Notes: generated by a model from the sequence alone, not told the origin. Counted from the stretch's first letter, positions 46,251 through 58,116 are shown. The stretch: 64,000 bases of DNA from an uncultured Chloroflexia bacterium (GCA_963741445.1 CAVUIE010000004.1:187756-251755), one strand, 5' to 3'. Numbers and translations are program-made.

Positions 46251-46804
46251 GCCGGACGGCCCTCCACGGAGCCCTGGCCGATCCGCGCGTCCGCATCGAG
46301 TGCGGCGCGCATCAGGCCGAGGGCGCGGTGCAGTCGCGATTTGGCGGTGCCGAGGGGGATCCCCAGGGTCGCTGCGACGGTCGGGAGTGGGAGGTCGAGG
46401 TAGTGATGCAGGACGATCACGGCCCGCATCTCCGGATCGAGCCGGAGGAAGCCGCGTTCGAGCTGGTCGCGGGCGACGACGACCGATTCGGCGCCGTCGA
46501 CCGCCGGGACGGAAAGCGCGGTGAGCTCGACATCGACGCGATGGCGTCGGACCCGGCGCGCCTCATCGATGCAGGCACGGACCAGGAGCCGGTGGATCCA
46601 GGCGTCGAAGCGATCGGGATCGCGGAGGGTGGGCAGATCACGCCAGGCCCGGACGAGCGTGTTCTGCACGGCGTCCTTGGCCTGTTCCGCGTCCCGGAGG
46701 ATGAGCCAGGCAGCGCCATCCAGTCGGGAGATCGCGGCGCCTGCCAGCTCGGCGAAGGCGTCATGATCGCCCGTCCGCGCTCGCTCCACGAGGTCTCGCT
46801 GCAT
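46247..46804 (-). CDS. ECF-subfamily RNA polymerase sigma-70 factor. The gene is intact.
   Basis: Region 2 reads '[60 protein letters not shown]'. Region 4 reads '[37 protein letters not shown]'. Confidence 0.8.
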   Translation of the reverse strand: MQRDLVERARTGDHDAFAELAGAAISRLDGAAWLILRDAEQAKDAVQNTLVRAWRDLPTLRDPDRFDAWIHRLLVRACIDEARRVRRHRVDVELTALSVPAVDGAESVVVARDQLERGFLRLDPEMRAVIVLHHYLDLPLPTVAATLGIPLGTAKSRLHRALGLMRAALDADARIGQGSVEGRPA

Positions 46805-46968
46805 GTCGCCCCTCGGCGATGGCGGGCCGTCTGGCCACGCTCGATGAGTATGGCGAGGCGACCCTCGCGGTTCGTTCCCGAATCGATGGCGCCCGCCGGT
46901 CCCGGACGGGTCGGACGCGGTACCATCGCCCTCCCGTCCCGACCGTCGCCGGAGGCCCTCGTCCGCCC

Positions 46969-48145
46969 GTGAAGATCCAGGAAGCCGACGCCAAGACGCT
47001 GCTCGTCGCCCAGGGCCTGCCCGTCCCGGACTGGGAGGTCGCCCATACCGTCGACGAGGCGCGCGAGGCGGCGAGGCGCTTCCTCTCGACGGGCGCCGGC
47101 AAGGTGGTCATCAAGGCCCAGGTGCTCGTCGGCGGTCGGGGCAAGGCGGGCGGCGTGAAGCTCGCCGGCTCGGTCGAGGAGGCCGCCACGGTCGCCGAGG
47201 CGATCCTCGGCATGGACATCAAGGGCATGACGGTCCGCAAGGTCCTGATCGGCGCCGCCGCGGACATCGTCAAGGAGTTCTACCTGTCGGCCGTCCTCGA
47301 CCGGGCCGAGCGGCGCATCCTGCTGATGGGCTCCGCCGAGGGCGGGGTCGAGATCGAGCAGGTCGCCGAGGTGAACCCCGACGCGATCGTCCGCCGGCAC
47401 GCCGACCCGCTCCTCGGGCTCCTCGACTACCAGGCCCGCGACCTCGCGTTCGCGATGGGCCTCGGCGGCCACCTGAAGGAGGCGGTGCGGATCGCCAAGG
47501 GCCTCGTCACGACGATGCGCGCCTACGACGCGGACCTCGTCGAGATCAACCCGCTCGCGATCGTGCGCGAGACCGGCGCGGACGGCGCCGCGGTCGAGCG
47601 CCTCGTCTGCCTCGACGCCAAGGTCACGCTCGACGACTCCGCGCTCGCCCGGCACCCGGGCCTCGAGGACGCTGCGCGACCCGGACGAGGAGGCGCCGGC
47701 CGACAAGGAGGCGCGCGAGGCCGGCCTCACGTTCATCAAGCTCGACGGCACGATCGGCTGCATGGTCAACGGCGCGGGCCTCGCGATGACGACCATGGAC
47801 CTCGTCAAGCGGGCCGGCGGCGAGCCGGCCAACTTCCTCGACATCGGCGGCGGCGCGCGGGCCGACAAGGTCGCGGCGGCGATGCGGATCATCCTCGACG
47901 ACCCGAAGGTGGACGCGATCCTCGTCAACATCTTCGGCGGCATCACCCGCGGCGACGAGGTCGCCCGCGGCCTGATCGAGGCGCGCGCCCAGCAGACCCG
48001 CGACGTGCCGATGGTCGTCCGGATCGTGGGGACGAACGCCGCGGAGGCCGCGGTCCTGCTCGAGGAGGCGAGGTTCGAGACGGCGGCGTCGCTGGACGAG
48101 GCCGCCGCCAAGGCCGTCGCGGCATCGAAGGGCGCCGCGGCATGA
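46969..48145 (+). CDS. sucC: Succinyl-CoA synthetase beta subunit, with frameshifts around 47650-47760.
   Basis: A GTG start precedes '[38 protein letters not shown]...[21 protein letters not shown]'. The C-terminus '[32 protein letters not shown]...' is in a second frame. Confidence 0.9.
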
Positions 48146-49027
48146 GCATCCTCATCGGGCGAGAGACGCGACTCGTCGTCCAGGGCATCACCGGGCGCGA
48201 GGGCGAGTTCCACGCCCGCGCCTCCGCGGCCTACGGCACGAACGTCGTCGCCGGCGTGACCCCGGGCAAGGGCGGCCAGGTCGTCCTGGACGGCACGGTG
48301 CCGGTCTTCGACACCGTCGCCGAGGCCGTGGCCCGGACCGGCGCGAACACCTCGCTGATCTTCGTCCCCGCCGCCGGCGCGCCGGATGCCGTGATGGAGG
48401 CCGCGGCCGCCGGCATCGCGACGATCTTCTGCATCACCGAGGGCATCCCGGCGCTCGACATGATCCCGGTCGTCGAGATGGTCCGCGCCCACGGCGCCCG
48501 GCTCATCGGCCCGAACTGCCCGGGCGCCACGTCACCGGGCCGCGCCAAGGTCGGGATCATCCCGGCGTCCATCCACCGCGAGGGACGCGTCGGGGTCGTG
48601 TCTCGATCCGGGACGCTGACCTACGAGGCGGTCCAGGCGATGACCGACGCCGGTCTCGGCCAGTCGACCTGCGTCGGGCATCGGCGGCGACCCGATCATC
48701 GGCACGACCTTCCTCGACGTGCTCCAGCTCTTCGCCGCCGACGAGGAGACCGACGCGATCGTGCTCATCGGCGAGATCGGCGGCGCCGCCGAGGAGACCG
48801 CCGCCGCGTGGGCTGCCGAGCACCTCAAGGACGTCCCCAAGGTCGCCTTCATCGCCGGCCGGACCGCGCCCGAGGGCAAGCGCATGGGCCACGCCGGGGC
48901 GATCATCTCCGGCGGCGCCGGGACCGCGGCGTCCAAGGTCGCCGCCCTCGAGGCGGCCGGTTTCCTCGTCGCCGGCTCCCCCACCGAGCTGCCCGCGCTT
49001 CTGCGCGACGCCGGCCACCGCGGCTGA
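48142..49027 (+). CDS. sucD: Succinyl-CoA synthetase alpha subunit, with a frameshift around 48660-48720.
   Basis: '[45 protein letters not shown]...[11 protein letters not shown]' is followed by '...[29 protein letters not shown]'. The start is an ATGA overlap with sucC. Confidence 0.9.
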
Positions 49028-49038
49028 GCGCCGTCCCC

Positions 49039-50394
49039 ATGGACCCCGACCTCATCCTCCGCGGGCTCCAGGACAGACGGCCGCGCACCGAGGTCATCGG
49101 GCGCGACCACCCGGAGTTCGACGCCGCTCGACGCGTCTGGAACGGGATCGCGGACCGCCGGCCAGCCGCGATCGTGCGGGCCAACGACACCGACGACGTG
49201 GTCGCGACCGTCCGGTTCGCCGCCGACCACGACATCCTCCTCGCCGTCCGCGGCGGCGGGCATAGCCTCCCCGGACTGTCGACCTGTGATGACGGGATCG
49301 TCCTCGACCTGTCCGCGATCAGGGAGGTCTCGATCGACCCGGAGCGGCGCCTCGCGACGGTGGGCGGCGGCGCCCGCCTTGGCGACCTCGATCTGGCCGG
49401 CTCGCGGCACGGCCTCGCGACGCCGGCCGGGGTCATCTCGCACACCGGCGTCGGCGGCCTGACCCTGGGCGGCGGGATGGGCTGGCTGGGTCGCCGGCTG
49501 GGCCTGACCATCGACAGCCTCGTTGGCGTCGAGATCGTCCTCGCGGACGGCCGTATCGTCGAGGTGGACGCCGAGCACGAGCCCGAGCTCTTCTGGGGCC
49601 TTCGCGGCGGCGGCGGCAACTTCGGCGTCGTGACGTCGTTCCGCTTCCGGATGCACCCGCTCGGCGACGTCGTGATCGGTTCGTGGGAGTTCCCGGCCGG
49701 CAGCGCCCGGGACGTGCTCCATCGGTACGCGGAGCTCGCCGCCGATGCCCCTCGCGCGATCACCAGCTCGTTCACGATGACGTCGTCCGTCGTGTCCATC
49801 ACGGCGGCCAGCTCCGGCTCGCAGCCAAACGCCCTCGAGGCGATCGACCGCTACGGGCGTGTCGGGACGCCGACGGCGGCCTCGCTCGGCGAGATGACCT
49901 TCCTCGAGCTCCAGTCGAAGGGCGACGAGCACATGCGCTGGGGTCGTCGCTGCTACGCGAAGGGCGGCTTCCTGGCGTCGATGGACGATGCCGCGATCGG
50001 ACGCATCGAGGAAGCGGCCGCACAGACGCCTTCGCCCGATGCCGAGATCTACGTCATCCAGCTCGGCGGGGCGATCAGCGATGTCGATGACGGGGCGACG
50101 GCATACACCGGGCGCGGCGCGGGCCACTACTGGATCGTCGAGCCGGTCTGGGACGATCCGGCCGATGACGCGGCCTGCCTCTCATGGGGACGCGAGTACG
50201 CCGGACGGATGGCCGAGCAGTCGCTCGCGGGCAACTACGTCAACGAGCAGGCGGACGCGGACGCGAGCGTTGCCCGCTCGGCGTATGGCGGCGAGACGTA
50301 CGCCCGCCTGACAGCGCTCAAGACCCGGGTCGACCCTGCCAACGTCTTCCGGCTCAATCAGAACATCGCCCCAGCGACGAGTCCCGTCGGATGA
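49039..50394 (+). CDS. FAD-linked oxidoreductase (FAD_binding_4 plus BBE-like C-terminal domain). The gene is intact at 452 aa.
   Basis: '...[48 protein letters not shown]...' is followed by a C-terminal '...[45 protein letters not shown]' BBE-type tail. Confidence 0.75.
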   Translation: MDPDLILRGLQDRRPRTEVIGRDHPEFDAARRVWNGIADRRPAAIVRANDTDDVVATVRFAADHDILLAVRGGGHSLPGLSTCDDGIVLDLSAIREVSIDPERRLATVGGGARLGDLDLAGSRHGLATPAGVISHTGVGGLTLGGGMGWLGRRLGLTIDSLVGVEIVLADGRIVEVDAEHEPELFWGLRGGGGNFGVVTSFRFRMHPLGDVVIGSWEFPAGSARDVLHRYAELAADAPRAITSSFTMTSSVVSITAASSGSQPNALEAIDRYGRVGTPTAASLGEMTFLELQSKGDEHMRWGRRCYAKGGFLASMDDAAIGRIEEAAAQTPSPDAEIYVIQLGGAISDVDDGATAYTGRGAGHYWIVEPVWDDPADDAACLSWGREYAGRMAEQSLAGNYVNEQADADASVARSAYGGETYARLTALKTRVDPANVFRLNQNIAPATSPVG

Positions 50395-50413
50395 CCGATC
50401 GGCGGACGGACTG

Positions 50414-50890
50414 ATGGGCGCGCGCATGGACCTGATCGCCGGCGATGTCCGCGAGATCCTCCTCGTCATCGGGCTCGACGAGCCCGACCTCGACGCCGGG
50501 CGCTCACGCTTCGACGCCCATCTCTCCCTGGGCGGCGGCCTCGACCCGACCTGGCTGGACCTGTTCGCCGAGTCGGCCCGGGTCGCCACGGGGAGCGGCG
50601 ACCCCGTCGACCTCCTCGACGCGCGGATCGAGCTGGACGGACCCGGCGCGGCCGCCGGCGACCGGACGATCGAGCGGATCGACCCGTCGTGGATCTCGGC
50701 GGTGGCGCGGATCCCGGATTCGGCGCTCGACGCGATCGCCGGCCGCTGGATCGAGCTGGTCGGCGAGGAGATCGGGCCGCTGCCGCGTGAGGAGAAGCCC
50801 TGGATCCGCGATCTCGCCGGGCAGATCGTGTCGTTCTGCCGCCGCGCCGATCGGTCCGCGGACGTGCTCTTCGTCTGGTCGCTCCGATGA
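50414..50890 (+). CDS. Hypothetical protein of 158 aa with no recognised domain. It is translationally coupled to the downstream methyltransferase.
   Basis: The ORF is intact and GC3-rich ('MGARMDLIAGDVREILLVIGLDEPDLDAGRSRFDAHLSLGGGLDPTWLDLFAE...'). Its stop and the MTase start overlap as ATGA at 50887. Confidence 0.5.
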   Translation: MGARMDLIAGDVREILLVIGLDEPDLDAGRSRFDAHLSLGGGLDPTWLDLFAESARVATGSGDPVDLLDARIELDGPGAAAGDRTIERIDPSWISAVARIPDSALDAIAGRWIELVGEEIGPLPREEKPWIRDLAGQIVSFCRRADRSADVLFVWSLR

Positions 50891-51729
50891 CCGACGAGCC
50901 GATCCCGGTCGAGGCGTCGTTCGCGGCGAACCGCTCGCTCTGGGAGGCCTGGACGGCCGTCCACGCCGAGGGCGAGTTCTACGACCTGGCGGGCTTCCGC
51001 GAGGGCGGCGTCAGGCTCCGGCCGTACGAGATCGAGATGGTCGGCGACGTCGCCGGCAAGTCGCTGCTCCACCTGCAGTGCCACTTCGGGATCGACACCC
51101 TCTCGTGGGCGCGTCTCGGGGCGCGGGTCACGGGCGCCGACTTCTCGCCGGCCGCGATCGAGCTGGCCACGTCCCTCGCGGCGGACCTCGGCTTCCCCGA
51201 CGCCCGGTTCGTCTGCTCGAACCTCTACGACCTGCCCGCCAACCTCGACGGGACCTTCGACGTCGTCTACACGTCGCGGGGCGTGCTCGGCTGGCTGCCC
51301 GACATCCGCGGCTGGGCGGCGGTGGTGGCCCACTTCCTCGCGCCGGGCGGCACGTTCTTCATCACCGAAGCGCATCCGGTCTTCTACGCCTTCGACGACG
51401 AGGGCGTGGCGCCCGGCGAGCTCCGGCTACGCTACCCATACTTCGAGCACCCGGAGCCGCTGGTCTTCCCGGTCCAGGGCTCGTACGCGGACCCGGACGC
51501 CGACGTCGGCGACCAGGCCGAGCACGGCTGGGACCACGGCCTCGGCGAGATCGTGACCGCCCTGATCGATGCCGGCCTGCGCATCGAGTCGCTCGTGGAG
51601 CACCCGTTCGTCGCGTGGGCCGCCGACTTCCTCGTCGAGGGACCGGACGACGAGTGGCGCCTGCCGCCGGAGACGCGCGGCGAGCTGCCCCTGATGTTCT
51701 CGCTCAAGGCGACCAAGCCCGCCGGCTGA
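50887..51729 (+). CDS. Class I SAM-dependent methyltransferase. The gene is intact.
   Basis: Motif I ('LLHLQCHFGIDTLSWARLGARVTGADFSPAAIELA') and post-I acidic motifs ('FDVVYTSRGVLGWL') are present. Confidence 0.7.
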   Translation: MTDEPIPVEASFAANRSLWEAWTAVHAEGEFYDLAGFREGGVRLRPYEIEMVGDVAGKSLLHLQCHFGIDTLSWARLGARVTGADFSPAAIELATSLAADLGFPDARFVCSNLYDLPANLDGTFDVVYTSRGVLGWLPDIRGWAAVVAHFLAPGGTFFITEAHPVFYAFDDEGVAPGELRLRYPYFEHPEPLVFPVQGSYADPDADVGDQAEHGWDHGLGEIVTALIDAGLRIESLVEHPFVAWAADFLVEGPDDEWRLPPETRGELPLMFSLKATKPAG

Positions 51730-51759
51730 GCGCTCGCGATCGCGCGCTGACCGCCTCGC

Positions 51760-52113
51760 CTAGTGCAGGTGGTCCTGCCAGTCGTCGGGGACGCGGTCCT
51801 CCGGCCCAGGCACCGTCTGGTCGAGCGGGTGGTGCAGCGGCGGCACCAGCTCCGGGCCCTCGTAGGCGTTGCCGGTCACGAAGCTGTAGAACCAGTCCTC
51901 GTCCGGCTCGTAGGTGCGGACCATCGGGTGGCCGGACGAGGCCGCGTGGCCGCTGGCGTGCTGCGAGGGCGAGGAGTCGCAGCAGCCGACATGACCGCAC
52001 TTCGTGCAGCGGCGGAGGTGGAACCACCAGCCACCGGTCGCCTCGCACTCGACGCAGCCGGGACCCGATGGCGGGACGCTCGCGTCGATGGCAGTGGCGA
52101 AGTCGTCGGTCAT
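51760..52113 (-). CDS. UBP-type zinc-finger (zf-UBP) domain protein.
   Basis: 'MTDDFATAIDASVPPSGPGCVECEATGGWWFHLRRCTKCGHVGCCDSSPSQHASGHAASSGHPMVRTYEPDEDWFYSF' carries the Cys/His spacing of zf-UBP. Confidence 0.6.
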   Translation of the reverse strand: MTDDFATAIDASVPPSGPGCVECEATGGWWFHLRRCTKCGHVGCCDSSPSQHASGHAASSGHPMVRTYEPDEDWFYSFVTGNAYEGPELVPPLHHPLDQTVPGPEDRVPDDWQDHLH

Positions 52114-52601
52114 CGGGCGGGCTCCGGGGTGAACCCGAGGCTCGCCCACGACGGGCCGCCGGGCGCCTCGATCAGCTCCACGAGGACCCCGTGGCAGGCG
52201 CGCGGGTGGAGGAAGGCGACCGGGCCTTCGGCCCCGCGCCGCGGCGCGCTGTCGATGAGCTCGAGGCCGTCGATCTCGAGGCGGAGCAGCGTCTCGGCCA
52301 GGTTCGGGACTTCGAAGCAGACGTGGTGGAAGCCCTCGCCCTTCGAGGCGAGGAAGCGCGCGACGCCGGTGGTGTCGTCGGTGGGCTCGACGAGCTCGAC
52401 CTTCGACTCACCGACCACGAGGAACGCGATGCGCACGTGGTCGGACGGGATGTCCATGACGGTCTCGAGCTCGAGGCCGAGCGCGTCGCGCCACAGGCCC
52501 AGCGAGTCCTCGATCGAGCGGACGATCAACGCGACGTGATGGACCTTGCCGAGCTTGCCGATGGACGGTGGGACGCGGTTCGGGCAGGCGGTCGGGCTCA
52601 C
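52111..52601 (-). CDS. mce: Methylmalonyl-CoA epimerase / VOC (glyoxalase) family protein.
   Basis: 'GKLGKVHHVALIVRSIEDSLGLWRDALGLELETVMD...VELVEPTDDTTGVARFLASKGEGFHHVCFEVPNLAETL' is a paired beta-alpha-beta-beta-beta VOC fold with metal ligands H and E. The stop overlaps the zf-UBP start as ATGA. Confidence 0.65.
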
Positions 52602-52624
52602 CTGCGCAGATTACGCTGCGCGGC

Positions 52625-53149
52625 ATGGTCGTGGACGCACCACCCAGCGGGATCGCCGTCCCCGTCGCCCTCCCGCCCGGGCTGGCGGCGATCCGCGAAC
52701 GCTGGGACCTGGCGGCGTCGCTCGGCGCCCGGCCGCACGTGACGGCGCTCTACCCGTTCGCGCCGGCCGCGGACCTGACCGACGGCGTCCGCGACGGGCT
52801 CGCAAGGATCGCGGGGGCCGTCGAGCCGTTCGTCGTCCGCTTCGAGCGCGCCCGCCGGTTCCCCGGCGTGGTGTGGGTGGAGCCCGTCCCCGACGGGCCG
52901 TTCGTGGGGTTGACGCGGGCGATCGCGTCGCGATGGCCGGCGTGGCCGCCCTATGGCGGACGCTTCGACACGGTCATCCCCCACCTCACGATCGCGGAGT
53001 CCGAGGTCGCGCCGCTCGACGAGGTGGCGACCGCCGTGGAGGCGGAGCTCCCATTCGAGGCGCGGGCCGACGGGCTCGAGCTCTGGCTCCAGGACGAGGG
53101 CGGCTGGTGGCAGCCGCACTGGTCGTTCCCGTTCGGTGTCCGACCGTGA
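52625..53149 (+). CDS. 2H phosphoesterase (LigT/2'-5' RNA ligase-like) family protein.
   Basis: Two H-x-T/S motifs are present: 'RPHVTALYPF' and 'IPHLTIAES'. Confidence 0.5.
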   Translation: MVVDAPPSGIAVPVALPPGLAAIRERWDLAASLGARPHVTALYPFAPAADLTDGVRDGLARIAGAVEPFVVRFERARRFPGVVWVEPVPDGPFVGLTRAIASRWPAWPPYGGRFDTVIPHLTIAESEVAPLDEVATAVEAELPFEARADGLELWLQDEGGWWQPHWSFPFGVRP

Positions 53150-53315
53150 CGGGCGTATCGTGCCTCTAAGATAGCCCCGCGTCGGCGCCGGCCCGTCACG
53201 CCATGGATCGAGTCGGAGGCACGGTGGATGAGCAGCAGGAGTCCGGCCCGGATGCCGGGGGCCCGAGCCGTGCCGCCGGGCCACGGCCGGAAGCTCGCCG
53301 GATGACGGCGTCGCG

Positions 53316-54404
53316 ATGACGACTGGCCCGCAGCCTCGGTACGGGACCGTCCCCGAGGCGTCTCGAGCCCGATGGGACGACTGGGCGACGAGCAGCCCGA
53401 CCGGACACATGCACCAGACGTTCTGGTGGGCCGAGCCGTTGCGCAACTACGGTCTGGCTCCCGACGTGGTGGCCGCATGGGCCGACGGCGAACGCCTGCT
53501 CGGTGGGACCCTCTTTCGATGTACGAAGATCCCACGTCTTCCGGCACAGATCGCGGAGTCGCTGGACGGACCGGCGTTCGAACGATGGGATCCCTCGTAC
53601 GCCACGCCGTACGCCGCGGCGATCGCCGACTTCGCCAGCCGATCGCGCGCCCTGGCGGTCGTCGTCCGCGATTGCCCCGACCCCGACATCCATCGGGACC
53701 TCGTGGAAGCGCTTCGCCGTCTGCAGGGCGATGTCGTCCTCTCCCGGGGCGTGACCGAGGCCGTGCTGCACCTCGACGGCCAGACGAGCGAAACGCTCTG
53801 GCATGGCTTCAGCCACGGGGTCCGCGGCAGTATCAAGAAGGGTCGATCGAATGCCGTGCAGATCGTCCGTCTCGAGGATCCGGAGGGACTCGCGGCCGCC
53901 TACGAGACGTGGCTGGCGACAGGGCGACGCAAAGGCTTCGAATCCGTTCGACCCTGGCCCGCCCTCGAGCCGGTGCTCGGCCACAGCGTCTCGTCGGGAG
54001 CGGGCATCGTCTTCGGCGCGCTCGTGGACGGCCACGTGATCGCATCGATCTTCGTGACCTACATCGGACGGGCCGCGGTCTACGTCTACGGCGGCCACCT
54101 CGACGGAGCCGAGCGTTACTCGGCGGCTCACCTCCTCCAGCTGACGGCCATCGAGGAAGCCATCGCTCGCGGACTGCCCATCTATTCGTTCGGCGCGCTT
54201 CCGGCGCATGGCGATCCCGAGAAGAGCGGCATCGACAGGTTCAAGCTGTCGTTCGGGGCCGTCCCGCGGCCGGCGCTCGACACCATCACGTGGCGGCGGC
54301 GGGTGATCCTGTACGAGAGCCTGACACGGTTCCGGACACACCCCGTCGGCATCAGGATCGAACGGGCGCTCCGGCGGAGGGCGGCCGCGAACCCGTCGAG
54401 TTGA
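53316..54404 (+). CDS. FemAB-family / GNAT-fold peptidoglycan-bridge-type acyltransferase-like protein. The gene is intact at 362 aa.
   Basis: The overall FemAB-like layout ('...[11 protein letters not shown]...[26 protein letters not shown]...[23 protein letters not shown]') is present. The assignment is tentative. Confidence 0.45.
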   Translation: MTTGPQPRYGTVPEASRARWDDWATSSPTGHMHQTFWWAEPLRNYGLAPDVVAAWADGERLLGGTLFRCTKIPRLPAQIAESLDGPAFERWDPSYATPYAAAIADFASRSRALAVVVRDCPDPDIHRDLVEALRRLQGDVVLSRGVTEAVLHLDGQTSETLWHGFSHGVRGSIKKGRSNAVQIVRLEDPEGLAAAYETWLATGRRKGFESVRPWPALEPVLGHSVSSGAGIVFGALVDGHVIASIFVTYIGRAAVYVYGGHLDGAERYSAAHLLQLTAIEEAIARGLPIYSFGALPAHGDPEKSGIDRFKLSFGAVPRPALDTITWRRRVILYESLTRFRTHPVGIRIERALRRRAAANPSS

Positions 54405-54437
54405 CCGTGCTCGGCGACCGCGAGGTCACCTGCGCAC

Positions 54438-56125
54438 CTAGACCGTGACGAGCTCGCGGTGCTCGCCCCAGCTTGCCCGGAGGTGGTCGCTGATCTCGCC
54501 GACGGTGGCGTGGGCGCGGACGGCGGCCAGGATCGCGGGCATGAGGTTGCCCTCGCCGGCAGCCACGCGGCCAAGCTCCGCCATCGCGGCCTCCCAGGCA
54601 GGGCACCGAGCGCTCGGCCCGGACGCGTCGGACCCGCTCGATCTGGCGGCGCTCGCCATCCGGGTCGATCTGGTGGATCGGCGGCGTGCGTCACCTCGTC
54701 GTCCCGGAACCTGTTGACCCCGACCACGACCTGCTCCCCCGACTCGATCGCCCGCTGGACCCGGTATGCGGCCTCCTGGATCTCGCGCTGCTGGAACCCG
54801 CGCTCGATCGCGACGAGCGTGCCGCCCATCGCCTCGATCTCGTCGAGGTAGGCCCAGGCCGCGGCCTCGAGCTCGTTGGTCAGCGACTCCACGTAGTAGG
54901 AGCCGGCCAGCGGGTCGGGCGTCTCGGTGACACCGGCCTCGTGGGCGATGATCTGCTGGGTCCGCAGCGCCAGGCGGGCCGCCTCCTCGGTCGGCAGCGC
55001 GAGCGCCTCGTCGCGGGCGTTGGTGTGGAGGCTCTGGGCCCCGCCGAGCACCGCGGAGAGCGCCTGGATCGTGGTCCGGACGACGTTGTTGTCGACGGAC
55101 TGCGCCGTCAGGCTGGAGCCCGCGGTCTGGACGTGGAACCGACACAAAAGCGAACGGGTGTTCGATGCACCGAAGCGCTCGCGCATGATCGTCGCCCACA
55201 TCCGGCGGGCCACGCGGAACTTGGCCACCTCCTCGAACAGCTCCGACCAGGCCGCGAAGAAGAAGCTCAGCCGCCCGGCGAAGTCGTCGACATCGAGCCC
55301 GCGCTCGACGGCCGCCTCCACGTACGCGATCCCGTCGGCGAGCGTGAAGGCCAGCTCCTGGGCGGCGGTCGCGCCCGCCTCGCGCATGTGGTAGCCCGAG
55401 ATCGAGATGGTGTTCCACTTCGGGAGCTCGGTCGCGCAGAACTCGAAGACGTCGGTGACGAGCCGCATCGACGGCCGCGGCGGGAAGATGTACGTGCCCC
55501 GGGCGATGTACTCCTTGAGGATGTCGTTCTGGGTCGTCCCGCTGATCCGCTCGCGCGGGACGCCCTGCGCCTCGGCCGCCGCGACGTACAGGGCCAGCAG
55601 GATCGGCGCCGTGGCGTTGATGGTCATCGATGTGCTGACCTCGCCGAGCGGAAGGCCGTCCAGCAACACGCCCATGTCGACGAGGCTCGAGATCGGCACC
55701 CCGACGCGGCCGACCTCCCCTTCCGCGTCGCGGGCATCCGAGTCGTAGCCCATCTGGGTCGGCAGGTCGAAGGCGACCGACAGCCCGGTCTGGCCCTGGT
55801 CCAGCAGGTAGCGGAAGCGCTGGTTCGTCTCCTCGGCGGTCGCGAAGCCCGCGTACTGGCGCATGGTCCAGAAGCGGCTCCGGTACATCGTCGGCTGGAC
55901 GCCTCGAGTGAACGGGAACTCGCCCGGCAGACCGAGGTCGCGGCCCTCGTCGAGGCCGGCGGTGTCGGCGGCCGTGTAGACGTCGCGGACCTCGATGCCG
56001 GACGACGTCTCGAAGACCGCCCGTCGCTCGGGCGCGGCTCCGAGCGCCTTGGCCCTGAGCGTCGCGCGCCAGCGGGCGCGGGCCTCGTCCGGGCCCTCCC
56101 CGGTCGGGCGGGTCGGTCGGCTCAT
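54438..56125 (-). CDS. mcmA: Methylmalonyl-CoA mutase, catalytic (N-terminal) subunit only. No B12-binding domain follows. There is a frameshift around 54700.
   Basis: '...[61 protein letters not shown]...[20 protein letters not shown]...' is a classic MCM substrate-binding barrel. The C-terminus '...[20 protein letters not shown]' is in another frame. Confidence 0.85.
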
Positions 56126-56577
56126 CGGAGGATCACCAGGAGGTCGCCGAGGTCGACCGTCTCACCGGCGGCCACGGCCACCCGCTCGACCACCCCGTCG
56201 CGAGGAGCACGCACATCGTTCTCCATCTTCATGGCCTCGACGGCGAGGAGCCGGCTGCCGGCCGTGACCGCGTCGCCCGCGACGACCCCCACCGAGGCGA
56301 CCCGTCCCGGGATGATGGCACGGATGTCGAGCGGCCCGTCGACGGTCGAGGCGGCCCGCGCGGACGTCGCCCGGTCGCGGAGCGCGGCACGCTCGGCGTC
56401 TTCCACGACGAGCTCGAACCGCCAGCCGCCGACGACGACCTCGAGAGCGCGGTGGTCCAGCGGAAGGACCAGGGCGGGCGGGGCGTCCGGGGCTGCCCCG
56501 GGCGGCGTGTCGTCCATTTCGCCCAGGATGGCGCCGGTCGTCCGGTCCGTGACCCGGAGGCGCCTCACGCGGGCCAC
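56122..56577 (-). CDS. Biotin carboxyl carrier protein-like (biotinyl domain). The gene is intact.
   Basis: The C-terminus '[27 protein letters not shown]' carries the biotinylation motif EAMKM. The start is a TGATG-style overlap with the mcm stop. Confidence 0.7.
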   Translation of the reverse strand: MARVRRLRVTDRTTGAILGEMDDTPPGAAPDAPPALVLPLDHRALEVVVGGWRFELVVEDAERAALRDRATSARAASTVDGPLDIRAIIPGRVASVGVVAGDAVTAGSRLLAVEAMKMENDVRAPRDGVVERVAVAAGETVDLGDLLVILR

Positions 56578-58111
56578 CGGTCGACCGCATCGGCACGCGC
56601 CGAGGCGCGCCAGCCCGCGAGCGGTGCGGGGCCGACGGCGGGACCACGATCCGCGGCCATCCCGGCGACGGCCCGCGCCGCCACCTCCGCGGCGACGAGC
56701 GACGCCTGGTCGCGCGCCGCCTCGCCATCCCAGTGCTCCTCGACCCAGTCGATCGAGAGCACCGCATCCCGGAACGCCGGGTCGCGGGCCACGAACCGGT
56801 GGAACGGGAGCGTGGTCTGGATGCCGGCGACCTCGGTCTCGTCGAGGGCGAGCCGCAGGCGCTCGATCGCGGCCGACCGATCGTCGGCGACCACCATGAC
56901 CTTGGCGACGAGGTTGTCGTACTCGGGCGGGACCCGTGCCCCGGCTTCGCCCGCGGTGTCGACCCGGACCCCGGTCCCGGACGGCATCGACCAGTGGCGG
57001 ATCGTCCCCGGGGTCGGCGCGAAGCCGCGACCCGGGTCCTCGGCGGTCAGCCGCACCTCGATGGCGTGACGGGACGGCTCCCCTGCCCTCGCGGCGGCGC
57101 TGCGGGCGGCATCGGACAGCGGCCGGCCGGCGGCCAGCCAGAGCTGCTCGCGGACGATGTCGAGCCCGCTCACGAGCTCGGTGATGCCGTGCTCCACCTG
57201 GAGCCGGGTGTTGACCTCGAGGAACCAGACGGCCCCGTCCGGCTCGAGCAGGAACTCCGCGGTCGCCGCGTTCGTCAGGCCGGCCGCCGAGGCGATCCGG
57301 ACCGCCCGGTCGTGCAGCGCCAGACGGGCGTCCCGGGACAGTCCCGGCGCGGGCGCCTCTTCGACCAACTTCTGGTGTCGGCGCTGGATCGAGCAGTCCC
57401 GCTCGCCGATCGCCACGACGGCACCGGTCGCGTCACCGAGGAGCTGGACCTCGACGTGGCGGGCCGGGCGGACCTCCCGCTCAAGGTAGACCGTGCCGTC
57501 GCCGAATCCGCCGGCCGCCTCGGCCGACGCCGTCGCGAGCGCCGCCGGCAGGTCCGCGGCGCGCTCCACGCGGCGCATCCCCCGTCCCCCACCGCCGGCC
57601 GCGGCCTTCACGAGCAGCGGGAAGCCGATCGCCTCCGCCTCGGCGACGATCGCGTCGACCGTGTCGGGGCGGTCGACGGGGACCGCGTCGAGCGTCCCCG
57701 GGACGGTGTCGACGCCGGCGCTCCGGGCAAGCCGTCGCGCGCCGAGCTTGTCGCCCAGCGCCTCGATCACCGCGGCTGTCGGCCCGATGAACGTCAGCCC
57801 GGCGCCGGCCACGGATCGCGCGAAGGCCGCGCGCTCGGCGAGGAACCCGTAGCCGGGATGGACCGCCTGGGCGCCGCTGGTGGTCGCCGCGTCGAGGATG
57901 GCGTCGATCCGCAGATAGCTCTCGGCGGGAGCCGCCGGTCCGATGCGGACCGCGACGTCGGCGAGCCGGACGTGCATCGCGCCCGCGTCAGCGTCGCTGT
58001 AGACCGCCACGGTCTCGATGCCGAGATCTCGGCAGGCGCGGATGATCCGGACGGCGATCTCGCCCCGGTTGGCGATCAGGACCCGGTCGAACGGCCGGCC
58101 GTCTTTGTGCA
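56565..58111 (-). CDS. accC: Biotin carboxylase subunit (acetyl-/propionyl-CoA carboxylase alpha-like). The gene is intact. A TTG start lies inside the 16-bp palindrome.
   Basis: '(L)HKDGRPFDRVLIANRGEIAVRIIRACRDLGIETVAVYSDAD...GGGGRGMR...EVNTRLQVEH' gives the ATP-grasp and biotin-carboxylase motifs. The upstream ATG at 58157 would use AT-rich rare codons, so I prefer the TTG. Confidence 0.85.
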
Positions 58112-58116
58112 AAGAC
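58101..58116. promoter_or_regulatory. Palindrome copy 1: GTCTTTGtgCAAAGAC (7-bp arms). It overlaps the TTG start of the biotin carboxylase gene.
   Basis: The motif is seen directly in the sequence. It is related to the copies at 59708 and 61245. Confidence 0.5.
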
